From: Magnetococcales bacterium DCbin4
GTDB taxonomy: Bacteria; Pseudomonadota; Magnetococcia; Magnetococcales; UBA8363
NCBI GenBank assembly: GCA_002753735.1
Contig: PEAN01000009.1
Span: 15,926 to 79,925 of the forward strand
DNA: 64,000 nt
Direction of reading: 5' to 3'
The notes beneath the pieces are model-generated. The model saw nothing but the letters and a program-made list of their open reading frames with translations, had not been told where the DNA came from and did not search any database. Both the position numbers and the translations under genes were made by a program. The stretch's first letter is position 1, and every line of letters starts with the position of its first letter. Shown here one piece after another: positions 38,568 to 48,583 of this stretch.

Positions 38568-40493
38568 CTATGCGATTTGGCTTTCCAGCGAAGATGAAAG
38601 TTCTTCCCATTCTTCCATGGCGACAGCCAGACGGCTTTCACAACGTCCATGTTCGGCCAGTTGCAGGAGCAGGCGTTCCTTGTTTTCCCTGGCATGCAGG
38701 TGCGGATCCGCCAGTTGTTCCCGAATCGTGGCCAACGCCGTTTCCAATTGTTCGATCTCCTGTTCCAGGGCGCTGATCCGTTGGCGCAGATCGCGGGTGG
38801 CCAGATCCATCATCCTGCGCCGTTGTGCCGCTTCGCGACGACGATCCTTCGGATTGGATCCGGAACTGGCGTCCACCTCCTGTTCGGTCTCTTTCTGACG
38901 GGCGATCTGTTCCAGATAGTCGTTCAAATCGCCATCCCAGGGACGGACTCCGTTCTGGGCGATCAGCCAGAAACGATCACACACCGTTTCCATCAGATCA
39001 CGGTCATGGGTCACCAGGATCATCGAGCCGGAATAATCGGACAACCCTTCTTCCAACGCGGCACGGGATTCCATGTCCAGATGGTTGGTCGGCTCATCCA
39101 GCAACAACAGGTTGGGACCTGCCAGGAACAATCGGGCCAGGGCCAGACGGGCCTTTTCCCCTCCCGAAAGGACCGAAACGGTCTTGAATGCATCCTCTCC
39201 GGTGAAAAGGAATCCCCCGAGCAGGGTCCGGATCTTTTCGGTCGTCATCCCCTTTCTGGCGGCGCGTTGGGCCGATTCCATGATGGTTTCGGTGGCGATC
39301 AGGGCATCCATGGCATGCTGGGCGAAATGACCGCTCGATACCCGGTCGCCCTGAATGACGGTTCCCTGGTCGGGGGCAAGGGTTTGGTGAATGATCTTGA
39401 GCAGCGTTGATTTGCCTGCGCCATTGGGTCCCAGCAGGCCGATCCGGTCGCCCCGTTCCAGTTGCAGGTTGACCTCGGCAAACACGGAGACCGATCCAAA
39501 ACCTTTGGCGACGCCACGCAGGGTAAGGACCTCACGGGCCGAGGGAGGGGGTTCGGGAAGTCGGACCCGGTCCAGATGGCGCTCTCCCGTGGCGACCTGA
39601 ACCGGTTCGATCTTTTCCAGCCGTTTGATCCGGCTTTGTACCTGTCTGGCCTTGGTCGCCTTGGCGCGGAATCGGCGGATGAACCGCTCAAGGTGTTCGA
39701 TTTCCCGTTCCTGTTTTGCAACCAGTTTCCCCTGTTGCAGCAACCGTTCCTGCCGCATCAGCAGATAACGCTCGAAATCGACCGAGTGACGGACGACCGT
39801 CTTGCCCTCGATGGCGACCGTGACCCTGGTGGTGCGCTGGATGAATCCCCGATCATGGGAAATGATGATCAGGGTGGTGGGTGAGGATTGGATGAACCGT
39901 TCCAGCCAGACGGTCGATTCCAGATCCAGATGGTTGGTCGGTTCGTCCAACAGCAACAGGTCGGCCCGGGAAAACAACAGGCGGGCCAGGGCGATCCGCA
40001 TGCGCCATCCACCGGAAAAGGTATCCAGGGGGCGTTGTTGCTCCTCGATGGAAAATCCCAGCCCGTGCAGTATGGCACCACAACGGCTTTCGGCGCTGAA
40101 GGAACCCAGTACTTCCAGTTGGTGGTCGATCTCCCCCAGTTGTTCCACCAGCTCCCGGGTGGGGGTTTGCTGTTCCAGCAACCTTGCGTTCAACAGGGAT
40201 CGTTGCCGCCGCAACATCATCAACTCCGGATCCCCCTCCAAGGTTTCTTCAAGGATTGGGCGTTGGGAAGGGGTCAGTTCCTGGGTCAATATCCCGATTT
40301 TGATCCCCCCGGACAGGCGGATCCGTCCTTCATCGCATTCCAGGCTGCCGGCGATCATCTTGAACAAGGTGGTTTTACCGCAACCATTGGGGCCGATCAG
40401 GGCGACTTTTTCCCCCCGGTTGATGGTCAGGCTGGAAGCGGTGAACAACTGTTTCGAACCAAAGCTTTTTTGGACATCTTCGATGAAGAGCAT
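38568..40493 (-). CDS. ABC-F family ATPase (two ABC domains, no TM; Uup/YheS-like)
   Basis: 641 aa. Two Walker A motifs ([18 protein letters not shown]), two LSGG signatures and a C-terminal coiled coil. Confidence 0.9.
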   Translation of the reverse strand: MLFIEDVQKSFGSKQLFTASSLTINRGEKVALIGPNGCGKTTLFKMIAGSLECDEGRIRLSGGIKIGILTQELTPSQRPILEETLEGDPELMMLRRQRSLLNARLLEQQTPTRELVEQLGEIDHQLEVLGSFSAESRCGAILHGLGFSIEEQQRPLDTFSGGWRMRIALARLLFSRADLLLLDEPTNHLDLESTVWLERFIQSSPTTLIIISHDRGFIQRTTRVTVAIEGKTVVRHSVDFERYLLMRQERLLQQGKLVAKQEREIEHLERFIRRFRAKATKARQVQSRIKRLEKIEPVQVATGERHLDRVRLPEPPPSAREVLTLRGVAKGFGSVSVFAEVNLQLERGDRIGLLGPNGAGKSTLLKIIHQTLAPDQGTVIQGDRVSSGHFAQHAMDALIATETIMESAQRAARKGMTTEKIRTLLGGFLFTGEDAFKTVSVLSGGEKARLALARLFLAGPNLLLLDEPTNHLDMESRAALEEGLSDYSGSMILVTHDRDLMETVCDRFWLIAQNGVRPWDGDLNDYLEQIARQKETEQEVDASSGSNPKDRRREAAQRRRMMDLATRDLRQRISALEQEIEQLETALATIREQLADPHLHARENKERLLLQLAEHGRCESRLAVAMEEWEELSSSLESQIA

Positions 40494-40579
40494 GAAAAAG
40501 GGCCTGTAATGGAACTGCCAATCGTATGGTAGGGTGGGATGGAACGGTAATTCTATGGGAGGGACTGGGGGTGGGCAAG

Positions 40580-43129
40580 ATGAAAATGTACAAAATGATC
40601 AAGACCCTGCTTTTCCTGATATTGAGTAGCGGGATCATCGTTTCCTTCACGGTCGTCCTGCTTGTGGGTCAACCCCGCTTGCGGCAACCGGTCGTGTCGT
40701 GGATCGCGACCCTTCTGCGGGTGGAGATGGGGCTGGGGGAGGTGTGGGTGCGCTGGCAACCGTTCGGGGTGGTGGTGGATGATCCGTGGGTACGGTTTGA
40801 GTCGGGGGTGGAACTGCGGCTCGGGCGGATCGAGGCCAGCCTGGATGGGGGGCTGTTGCGGCGGGGTTCCCTGGCGTTGCTGCGTCTGGAACGGCCGGTA
40901 TTGCGTTTGAATGAAACCGATGATGGGGCAGGGGGGGGAATGAACGGCTGGGGCTGGCCATTGCGGGTCGATTGGTTGGAGGTGGTGGACGGCGAGGTTT
41001 GGCAACCCGCTCTGGCGGGACATCGGGGTTGGCGTTTTCATGACCTTTCCATTCTGGGTCAAAACCTGTCCTTGGAATCGTTTGAATTGCATTTCGCCGC
41101 CCGGGCCGAGCCGGGAGGGGGCCTGAACGGGGTGGTCCAATGGTGGCGGGCGGGGGGGGTGCGGCTGGTCGCCCATGCCGATGGGATCCCTTTGGCGTCG
41201 ATGGCATCATGGGTGGGGCTGAAGGGGATGTCGGGGACGTTGATCGCCGATGTCAAGGCGGGTTACCACACGCATGAGGGGCTGACCATGGAAGGGTCGG
41301 GGCATCTGGTCGATGGGGCCTATGGGGGCTGGCAGGGAGATATGAAGGTCAATGCCGTGAGTGTGGGGGGGGGATTACGGGGGAACATCCAGGGTTTGGT
41401 CCGACCCGGTCCGCGTCTTCCGTTTCTGCCGCTGACGGGTCATTGGCTTGGGCAAAGGGGGACGGCGGATGAGGCGTGGCGTTTCAGGGGTGGTCTGGAA
41501 TCGGGATCCCATGGCACCGTGAACTTTTCGGGACGGCAGACCGACACAGGGGTGGCCGCGGTGCTGACGCCCGACATCGATTTGAAACCGTTCTCCATGT
41601 TCCTGCCACCCCGACACGGGTTGACCGGGCGTCTCCGGGGATCGGTGACGGTGGCGTGGAAGGATCAGGCACCGGGAGGCGCTTTGGCGTATCGGTTGCG
41701 GGTGGATCATGGGGGATGGAGCAACGGTGACCAGGTGATTGAAGGGGTACGGGGGGCAGCCAGGGGCAATGGGGTGGTTATGGGCGATGGGGGACACATG
41801 CGCCTGGATCTGGATGTGGCACAGGGGGAATGGCTGCTCGATACCCTCTATGGCAACCTGGCCAGGGAGCAGCCCAGTGCCCGCTTGAAGGTTGACTGGA
41901 ATCGTTCGGGGGTGCGCCAGGTGACCGGGGGGATCGCTGCCCGTCTGGGACGGTTGCATTCGCTCTCCTGGAAACCCGAAAAAAATTCCATCTCCCTCCA
42001 GGGAACCCTGGAACGGGGCGACCTGGGTTGGTTGACGGAACAGTATCTGGGGGCATCCATGGGCAAGGGGGCGGTGCGTATGCAGGGGATCGTATCGGGT
42101 TCCCTGACGGGTACGCGCTCCCCGGTCAAAGGGATCGATCTGGCATCACTTGCAGGATGGCTTCAGCTCGAAAAGGGTTTCTTTGCCGGCGGGGGGGTGC
42201 AATTGGAGGGGGTTCGTCTGCGGCTGCCATTGGCCGCTGCCGCCGCTCCTGCGTCTGGGGCGGGACGGTTGACGGTTGATTCCCTGAAGGTGGCGGGGGA
42301 AACCCTGTCCGGGCTCAGTTTGGCGCCTTCATGGCATGGCGGGGTGATTGTCTTCAAAGGGGGCTGGGAGGGGGCGCTCCTCGGAGGCAGGGTCTTCTTG
42401 GAAGAGGGGTCCGTTACCCTCACGGAACCTCGACGGATGCTGGGACGGGGACGCGGTCAGGGATTGCACCTGTTCCCTTTTGCCAACAAGGCGCATGGGA
42501 TGACGGTGGGATTCGGGTTTCCCCGGATCGAGATCAACGCCAAGGCGTTGATGTTGGATGGCAAGGTGGATGTGGATCTTTTCGGTGGCCAAGCCAGGGC
42601 AGAGGGGTTGGCGATGCAATGGGACGGTCCCCTCCCTTCCTGGCAGGCCGATCTTGCATTCTCGGCCCTTGACCTGGAACGTCTGACGGAAGCCACCGGA
42701 ATCGGCAAAATCAAGGGGACGCTCGCCGGGTCGGTGTCACAGTTGCGCATGGTGGGGTGGCAACCGGTTTCATTTCAGGCCAAACTACATACCGTACCCG
42801 GCGAGGCGGATCAGACGATTCATGTCGATGCGATTGAAAATATTCAAATCTTTGGTGGCGGTGCCGTGACCGCCCCCCTGAATCGCGGCATCCTGGCCCT
42901 GTTCAAGGAATACGGTTATCGCAATTTGGGCTTTCAGTGTGCATTAAAAAACGATATGTTTGAGCTGACCGGCATCAAAAACGAGAATGGCAAGGCGTGG
43001 CTTGTCGATGGGGGGCTGCTGCCTCCCAAGGTGGAGGTCATCAGTCATCAAAGATTCATTCCCTGGAAAGAGATGGTCGCCCGCATTCAACGCATCGGCC
43101 AATCCGGGGGAAAACCGGTGATCCGGTAA
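40580..43129 (+). CDS. Large YdbH/AsmA-like envelope protein (candidate intermembrane lipid-transfer protein)
   Basis: About 850 aa with an N-terminal TM anchor (MIKTLLFLILSSGIIVSFTVVLLV), then a long Gly-rich beta-type sequence. It lies immediately upstream of a DUF1318/YdbL-like gene, as in the E. coli ydbH-ynbE-ydbL operon. The call rests mostly on synteny. Confidence 0.5.
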   Translation: MKMYKMIKTLLFLILSSGIIVSFTVVLLVGQPRLRQPVVSWIATLLRVEMGLGEVWVRWQPFGVVVDDPWVRFESGVELRLGRIEASLDGGLLRRGSLALLRLERPVLRLNETDDGAGGGMNGWGWPLRVDWLEVVDGEVWQPALAGHRGWRFHDLSILGQNLSLESFELHFAARAEPGGGLNGVVQWWRAGGVRLVAHADGIPLASMASWVGLKGMSGTLIADVKAGYHTHEGLTMEGSGHLVDGAYGGWQGDMKVNAVSVGGGLRGNIQGLVRPGPRLPFLPLTGHWLGQRGTADEAWRFRGGLESGSHGTVNFSGRQTDTGVAAVLTPDIDLKPFSMFLPPRHGLTGRLRGSVTVAWKDQAPGGALAYRLRVDHGGWSNGDQVIEGVRGAARGNGVVMGDGGHMRLDLDVAQGEWLLDTLYGNLAREQPSARLKVDWNRSGVRQVTGGIAARLGRLHSLSWKPEKNSISLQGTLERGDLGWLTEQYLGASMGKGAVRMQGIVSGSLTGTRSPVKGIDLASLAGWLQLEKGFFAGGGVQLEGVRLRLPLAAAAAPASGAGRLTVDSLKVAGETLSGLSLAPSWHGGVIVFKGGWEGALLGGRVFLEEGSVTLTEPRRMLGRGRGQGLHLFPFANKAHGMTVGFGFPRIEINAKALMLDGKVDVDLFGGQARAEGLAMQWDGPLPSWQADLAFSALDLERLTEATGIGKIKGTLAGSVSQLRMVGWQPVSFQAKLHTVPGEADQTIHVDAIENIQIFGGGAVTAPLNRGILALFKEYGYRNLGFQCALKNDMFELTGIKNENGKAWLVDGGLLPPKVEVISHQRFIPWKEMVARIQRIGQSGGKPVIR

Positions 43130-43169
43130 GGGGCGGGATCAATCAAGGGGCATCACGGGAGGTTTGGCG

Positions 43170-43802
43170 ATGATGGCGTTAAGTGTGGGGAGGAAACTGA
43201 CCTGGCTGCTGTTGTTCGTTCTGGGTGCCTGTGTCACCGTCAATGTATATTTCCCTGCCCCTGCGGTGGATCAGGCGGCGGAACGCATCGTGCGGGAGGT
43301 GTGGAGCGGGATGACCCCTCCGGCACCACCACCGGTCAAACAATCTCCGACGGGAACTCAGCCGGCTGATGGCCATTCGATGCGTTCCAACGGGACATTG
43401 CAGGTGGTCAATGCCGTGTTGTCATGGTTGGTGGCCCCTGCGGTGGCGGCCGATCTCAACGTTTCCACCGCCGCCATCCGGGCGGTCAGTGACAGCCTGA
43501 AAAGTCGGGCGAGTGGCGCGTTGAAACCATATCTATTCAACGGCCAGGTGGGAATCAATCGGGAAGGTGATCTGGAAATCCGTTCCGAAGAAGGGTTGAC
43601 CCTGCAACAAAAAGGGGAACTCAGAACCCGGGTCCGGGAAGACAATGCTGATCGGGCGGCACTGTACCGGGAAATTGCGGCCGCCAATGGTCACACGGAG
43701 TGGGAAGGTGAAATCCGGGAGCGGTTCGCGTTGAAATGGATCTCTGAAGCCCCTTCGGGTTGGCAGGTCCAGAAACCGGACGGGGCTTGGGTGAAAAAAT
43801 GA
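43170..43802 (+). CDS. DUF1318 (YdbL-like) protein with an N-terminal lipobox-like signal
   Basis: The C-terminal NADRAALYREIAAANGH...FALKWISEAPSGWQVQKPDGAWVKK fits the YdbL/DUF1318 pattern. The N-terminus LLLFVLGAC resembles a lipoprotein signal. ATG 43170 is preceded by GGGAGG. Confidence 0.6.
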   Translation: MMALSVGRKLTWLLLFVLGACVTVNVYFPAPAVDQAAERIVREVWSGMTPPAPPPVKQSPTGTQPADGHSMRSNGTLQVVNAVLSWLVAPAVAADLNVSTAAIRAVSDSLKSRASGALKPYLFNGQVGINREGDLEIRSEEGLTLQQKGELRTRVREDNADRAALYREIAAANGHTEWEGEIRERFALKWISEAPSGWQVQKPDGAWVKK

Positions 43803-43836
43803 GGTAACTATTCAGCACCCCATTTGCATTGAAATT

Positions 43837-44033
43837 ATTGAGAAAAAAAAGGGGTCTGGGGGATTGCCCCCAGGGTGTTGACTTTGTTTTTGAATTTAAA
43901 CAAAAAGGTTTCCATGCGCTGCTTTTGACTTTGTTTTTAAAGTCGAAAACAAAATCAGAAGCAAAAATTGGAGCTTTTGATTAAAAGTCAAAACCCTGGG
44001 GGCAATCCCTCAAGCCCCCTTTTTTCTTTCAAT
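43837..44033. mobile_element. MITE-like element, 197 bp, same family as 11306-11453
   Basis: The left arm is ATTGAGAAAAAAAAGGGGTCTGGGGGATTGCCCCCAGGG. The right arm reverse-complements to ATTGAAAGAAAAAAGGGGGCTTGAGGGATTGCCCCCAGGG. The core shares AAAAAGGTTTCCATGC with the 148-bp copy. Confidence 0.65.
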
Positions 44034-44110
44034 AGTTCCAATATGGAGGGGGTGCTGAATAGTTACAAAATGAGTTCCTTAACGTGCTTGACAAGGTTTC
44101 GACCTGTCCA

Positions 44111-45100
44111 TTAAATATCGGCACCCTGGCTGATGTGATCCAGACGTCGCTTCAATTCCAGAGGGGTCAGGGCGATCCCTCCCAATGAATGCAGGAAAAA
44201 GTCGAAATAGTGGTGCAGGGTCTTCAGAAACTGGTCAAGGTCTTTCTCGTTTCGGACATAGGGGGTGCAACCCGGTTTCAAAGTGGGTGAATGAAATGTC
44301 AGCGAGAATACGTTCAAACCGCGTTCCCTCAAGGTCAGGGTGAGACGTTTGAGTTCCTCCAGGTGGTACCCTTCGGGAGAGAGACGAATCCGTTCCAACA
44401 GGCGAAGGCGGGATAGGATTCCGGGACCATGCATCGACAGGAAGATTGGGTGTGTGGCCAGGCGGTGCAGCCGGTGGGCCCCTGCGCGTGACGTGGCCAG
44501 GCTTCCGATGTAATCGCCGGTGGTGGGGAACGAATATAGCTTTCGCCCTGGACCAATCCGTGCAGGGTCGTTGGGCGTGAGGGAGAAATCGGGGCCGCCA
44601 CCGCCGCGAAAATCAAATGGCGGGGCGGGACTGAGATCGACTTCGTAACCCAGTTGTTCCAGGATGGTGGCGGTATTGGGACCGATACCGTAGCGCCCGG
44701 CCTTGTAAATCCGGGGTCGTGTCCCAAGGGTGGTCTCGATTTGAAGTGTGAGGCGTTCGAGTTTTTCCCGTTCCAACGCGATGGGCAGGTTGCCGGGAAA
44801 AGAGTTGGTCATGGTAAGATCTTCGGTGAACGGGGGGGAGACCCACGGGTGCAGGTGGGTGCCGATGACTGCGCGGCCTTCGTCGGCCATTTTTTTCAAT
44901 GGCCGCCACCCGTTTTCCTGACTGGCAACGGGATGGTCGATGACATAGACCGGACGAATGTCGAACCGGTCACAGACCTCCTGGCCGCGGTGGAGTTCCC
45001 TCATGGCGTCAACCGATGTGGATTCACGGTCGAACGGGGCCGACCAGTCGAATTCCTCCTCGGTATCGATAACCACCAGAAGCAGGGGTGGGGATGACAT
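44111..45100 (-). CDS. Polysaccharide deacetylase-like protein (WalW-type)
   Basis: 329 aa. LLLVVIDTEEEFDWSAPF at the N-terminus and HLHPW are features I associate with the WalW/deacetylase-fold family. From memory only. Confidence 0.45.
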   Translation of the reverse strand: MSSPPLLLVVIDTEEEFDWSAPFDRESTSVDAMRELHRGQEVCDRFDIRPVYVIDHPVASQENGWRPLKKMADEGRAVIGTHLHPWVSPPFTEDLTMTNSFPGNLPIALEREKLERLTLQIETTLGTRPRIYKAGRYGIGPNTATILEQLGYEVDLSPAPPFDFRGGGGPDFSLTPNDPARIGPGRKLYSFPTTGDYIGSLATSRAGAHRLHRLATHPIFLSMHGPGILSRLRLLERIRLSPEGYHLEELKRLTLTLRERGLNVFSLTFHSPTLKPGCTPYVRNEKDLDQFLKTLHHYFDFFLHSLGGIALTPLELKRRLDHISQGADI

Positions 45101-45354
45101 GTCGAGCTTCCTATCCGTCGGGGGTGATGGGGCATGTCGATGATGGTGAACCTTGGTCCAGAATTCTTATCGGTCAGAATTTAGAGTTCATTGACCCCGG
45201 GATGACAAGGCTGGACAATGCCGGCCGGGGTGGGAATCGTACGTCATTTCGTTTGCATTCGGGTACGGGTTGCCGACATGTTTCCAGGGAACAGGAATTT
45301 CAAGAACTTATTTTCGCTGGCGTTGTCCAGGATTGTCGTTATCGGCATGCATCC

Positions 45355-46785
45355 ATGATACGGATTTTCAGACATTTCATCTCCCGTTGGTCCATCATGC
45401 TGCTGATTTCTGAAAGCCTGGTGGGGGTAATGGCGGTACATGTCGGGGTTTGGATCCGTTTTGCGGGAGAAGCCCCGGAAAATTACAGTCATGGTCCTGA
45501 ATTGCTCATGCGGTCTTTGTTCTTCGCTTTGGTGATGGTGATGAGCATGGCTGCGACCGGACGCTATCAACGGGTCTTGGATGATGGATTCAGTGCTGAA
45601 ATCCTGCGGGTTGGGATCAGTTTCATCATCGGCATGGTGGCTTTGGGTCTGTTGTTCTATGTGTTTCCCGATATTTTCATCGGTCGGGGTACCAATGGTT
45701 TGGCCATGGCCTTTGCGTTTGTCCTTTTTTTGGCGATCCGATGGTTTTTCTATCATTATATCATCGATACCGATGTCCTGAAGCGCAGGATCATGATCTT
45801 CGGCGATGGTGAGCATGCCCGTTTGGTCTTGAATCTGGTACAATCGACCCCTTTTGGCGTGACGATTGTCGGATGTTGGCCCACTCTGGGGGCGGGAAGA
45901 GCGGTTCCAGAGGCGCTGGTTGTGGATGGGGGCGCGGATTTGCTGGATTGGGTGATCAAATATGATATCGATGAGATCGTCCTGGCCATGGATGGGGGCT
46001 TTCCGACGATGTATGCCAAGGAAATCCTCGATTGCAAAGGTCGTGGGGTGAAAATCGTCGATTTGCCCGGTTTCTTTGAACGGGAAAAACATATCATCAA
46101 CATGGATATTATCACTCCTGAGTGGTGGATTCACAACTCGGATGGGCTGGACCAGGGATCGGGCAGGGAAATCTTCAAGAAAATATTTGATATCTTGTTG
46201 AGTTTGTTGTTGTTGGCGATCATGTGGCCGGTCATGTTGCTGGCGGCTCTGGCCATTGTGATCGAAAGCGGGGGGCGGGGACCGATCATTTATACCCAGG
46301 AGCGGGTTGGATATGGCGGGCGGGTGTTCAAGGTGATGAAGTTTCGCAGCATGCGCACCGATGCCGAAGGTGATGGCGTGGCGCGCTGGGCCAGCCGGAA
46401 TGATGATCGCATTACCCGGGTGGGAAGGTTTATCCGCAAAACCCGCATCGATGAACTTCCCCAGTTCATCAACGTATTGCGGGGGGAGATGAGCCTGGTG
46501 GGGCCGCGGCCTGAACGGCCTGCCTTCGTGAATGTGCTTAAAAGCAAGATTCCCTACTACAGCGAACGGTTGCGGGTGAAACCGGGGATTACCGGGTGGG
46601 CGCAGGTGCGTTATGGCTACAGTGCTTCCGAAGAGGACGCCGCTGAAAAATTGAAATATGATCTTTATTATGTTAAAAACCACAGTCTGTTTCTGGATAT
46701 GTTGGTTCTGATCCATTCGGTCGAAGTCGTCCTTTTTGGTTCCGGGGCGACGGCACCGCTTAACCAAGGAAAGAGAGCATCATGA
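45355..46785 (+). CDS. Polyprenyl-phosphate sugar phosphotransferase (bacterial sugar transferase), PEP-CTERM/EpsB-type
   Basis: It starts MIRIFRHFISRW, typical for this subfamily. The C-terminal catalytic block is IDELPQFINVLRGEMSLVGPRPE...GITGWAQV. The ORF-track start at 45088 adds an unlikely 89 aa and overlaps the divergent gene. Confidence 0.8.
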   Translation: MIRIFRHFISRWSIMLLISESLVGVMAVHVGVWIRFAGEAPENYSHGPELLMRSLFFALVMVMSMAATGRYQRVLDDGFSAEILRVGISFIIGMVALGLLFYVFPDIFIGRGTNGLAMAFAFVLFLAIRWFFYHYIIDTDVLKRRIMIFGDGEHARLVLNLVQSTPFGVTIVGCWPTLGAGRAVPEALVVDGGADLLDWVIKYDIDEIVLAMDGGFPTMYAKEILDCKGRGVKIVDLPGFFEREKHIINMDIITPEWWIHNSDGLDQGSGREIFKKIFDILLSLLLLAIMWPVMLLAALAIVIESGGRGPIIYTQERVGYGGRVFKVMKFRSMRTDAEGDGVARWASRNDDRITRVGRFIRKTRIDELPQFINVLRGEMSLVGPRPERPAFVNVLKSKIPYYSERLRVKPGITGWAQVRYGYSASEEDAAEKLKYDLYYVKNHSLFLDMLVLIHSVEVVLFGSGATAPLNQGKRAS

Positions 46786-46932
46786 GTGGGAATGAACTGT
46801 ACCCGTCGCGGCATTTACGGTATGGTGAGAATTCGGGGCGGTTCATGGCGTTTACTGTCCTGATTCGAACTGTCGGTTGCGTCTTGGGGACGATTCCGTC
46901 CATCACACTGAAGCGTTGAATTCATCCTGGTC

Positions 46933-48504
46933 ATGCAACAGGAATCCGGACTTCGCGATTTTTATTTCCAGGTCATCCTTCATTTGCGCGGGATGTGGCG
47001 GCACCGTTGGCAAATGGTGTTCACCGCCTGGTTCGTTTGTATTGCCGGCTGGGGAGCGGTTGCGGTCATGGAAGACCAGTATGTCGCCCGGGCGCAGGTA
47101 CAGATTGACGACCCCAGAGAAAATATTTCTCAGTTCCTCGACAAGGATTCCATCGCCCTGGATGTGACCCGCGAAGCCAAACGTATTCTCAACCGTTTGA
47201 TGGAACGGGATAATCTCCTCAAGGTGATTCGTGAAACCGATCTGGCGTTCCGGGTCTCCAACGATGCTGAAAAAGAGGAAACCCTCCGGGAATTGCGGGC
47301 GCAACTGATGGTCAAGCAGACGGCGAACAACATTTACCAGATCAGTCATCGGCATGCGGATGCCCGGTTGACGCAGCAGGTCGTCGAAGTTTTGTTGAGC
47401 AGCCTTCCGCTTGACAATGTCAAGGAATACCGCGAGGACAATGCCCGCACCGCCGAAGAGTTCCTTGGACGGCAGGTCAGTGATTTTGAACAGAAGGTGA
47501 TCGAGGCGGAACGGCAATTGCGTGAGTTCAAGGCCAAAAACATGCTGGTTCTCCCCGGCAAGGATGGCGGCTATTATGAGCGGATGCATGCCATGATGCA
47601 GAAGGTCGAGGAGGACGAGGGGACGCTCAAGGAATTGGAAAAACGTGAGGAGGAGATGTTGCGGCAATTGGCCGACATGTCCAGCAACAATTCTTCCCCG
47701 ACCGCTGATGTCGATAACCGGATTGCGGAACTCAACACGCAGCTCAATGAACTGTTCGACAAGTACTACATGAAAAATGGCGTCAAGATGCGGCTCTATA
47801 CGGAAAACCATTCCGAGGTGATGTCGTTGCGCAAGTCCATTGAGTTGTTGCAGCAGCAAAAAGAGGACATGACCGAACGGTTGCGCCAGGAGGCGGAAAA
47901 TCCTGACCGTTGGGAGTTGGAGTCCAATCCGATCTACCGCCGGCTCAAGACCTCCATCAGTGAGTTGGAAGTGGAAAAGGCTTCGGTGCAGTCGCGATTG
48001 TTGGAGACCAAACAAAAACTGTCCAAACTCAAGGAAATGGAAAATTCGCTGCCCAGTATCGAAAACGAGATGCTTCGCCTGCAAAGTTATCTGGACATGG
48101 CGAAGAAGAAAATGTTGACCATGCTGGACAAGGAAGATTCCGCCCGTTTTACCGGCGATATTGCCGAAGGGTTGAGCCGTTATGTCCATTTCAAGGTTTT
48201 GGAACGTCCGAGTGTTCCCGACCGTCCTGTGGGGCCTGACCGGTTACTGTTTTCTTCGGTGGTCCTGGCGGGTGGATTATCGGCGGGCTTGGCGTTGGGG
48301 TTGTTTCTGACGGTGATCCGGCCTGTTTTCGACAGTCCCGCTTCCTTGCGAAAGGTTTTGGGGTTGCCGGTTCTGGGGATGGTTTCCATGGTGGATGAAG
48401 GGGTCAGCAATCGTTGGAAAAGCTCCAATTCATTTTTCTTTTTTGTATTGATCTGCATCTTCGTCTGCTTCTTTGCCGTATTGTATGTCGGGGGGAAATT
48501 ATAG
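46933..48504 (+). CDS. Polysaccharide chain-length determinant (Wzz-like), PEP-CTERM-locus subfamily
   Basis: 523 aa. An N-terminal TM after RGMWRHRW is followed by a long coiled-coil periplasmic region and a C-terminal TM pair. Confidence 0.75.
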   Translation: MQQESGLRDFYFQVILHLRGMWRHRWQMVFTAWFVCIAGWGAVAVMEDQYVARAQVQIDDPRENISQFLDKDSIALDVTREAKRILNRLMERDNLLKVIRETDLAFRVSNDAEKEETLRELRAQLMVKQTANNIYQISHRHADARLTQQVVEVLLSSLPLDNVKEYREDNARTAEEFLGRQVSDFEQKVIEAERQLREFKAKNMLVLPGKDGGYYERMHAMMQKVEEDEGTLKELEKREEEMLRQLADMSSNNSSPTADVDNRIAELNTQLNELFDKYYMKNGVKMRLYTENHSEVMSLRKSIELLQQQKEDMTERLRQEAENPDRWELESNPIYRRLKTSISELEVEKASVQSRLLETKQKLSKLKEMENSLPSIENEMLRLQSYLDMAKKKMLTMLDKEDSARFTGDIAEGLSRYVHFKVLERPSVPDRPVGPDRLLFSSVVLAGGLSAGLALGLFLTVIRPVFDSPASLRKVLGLPVLGMVSMVDEGVSNRWKSSNSFFFFVLICIFVCFFAVLYVGGKL

Positions 48505-48583
48505 TCTTTCCCTGACGGGTCATCATGTCGGTCTGACAGATGTTTGATGTTTTCACCTCCAGCCTGATCCTGGAATCGGCACC

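Noticed and set aside
38520-38610. Upstream ATG (38610) for the hybrid kinase, giving a 43-nt overlap with the ABC-F gene
   Set aside because: The extension ([30 protein letters not shown]) is not domain-like, and the overlap is atypical. ATG 38520 is preferred, but neither start has a strong RBS, so this remains uncertain.
45244-48189. 507-aa and 428-aa minus-strand ORFs
   Set aside because: They are antisense shadows of the sugar phosphotransferase and chain-length determinant genes, with no recognisable motifs.
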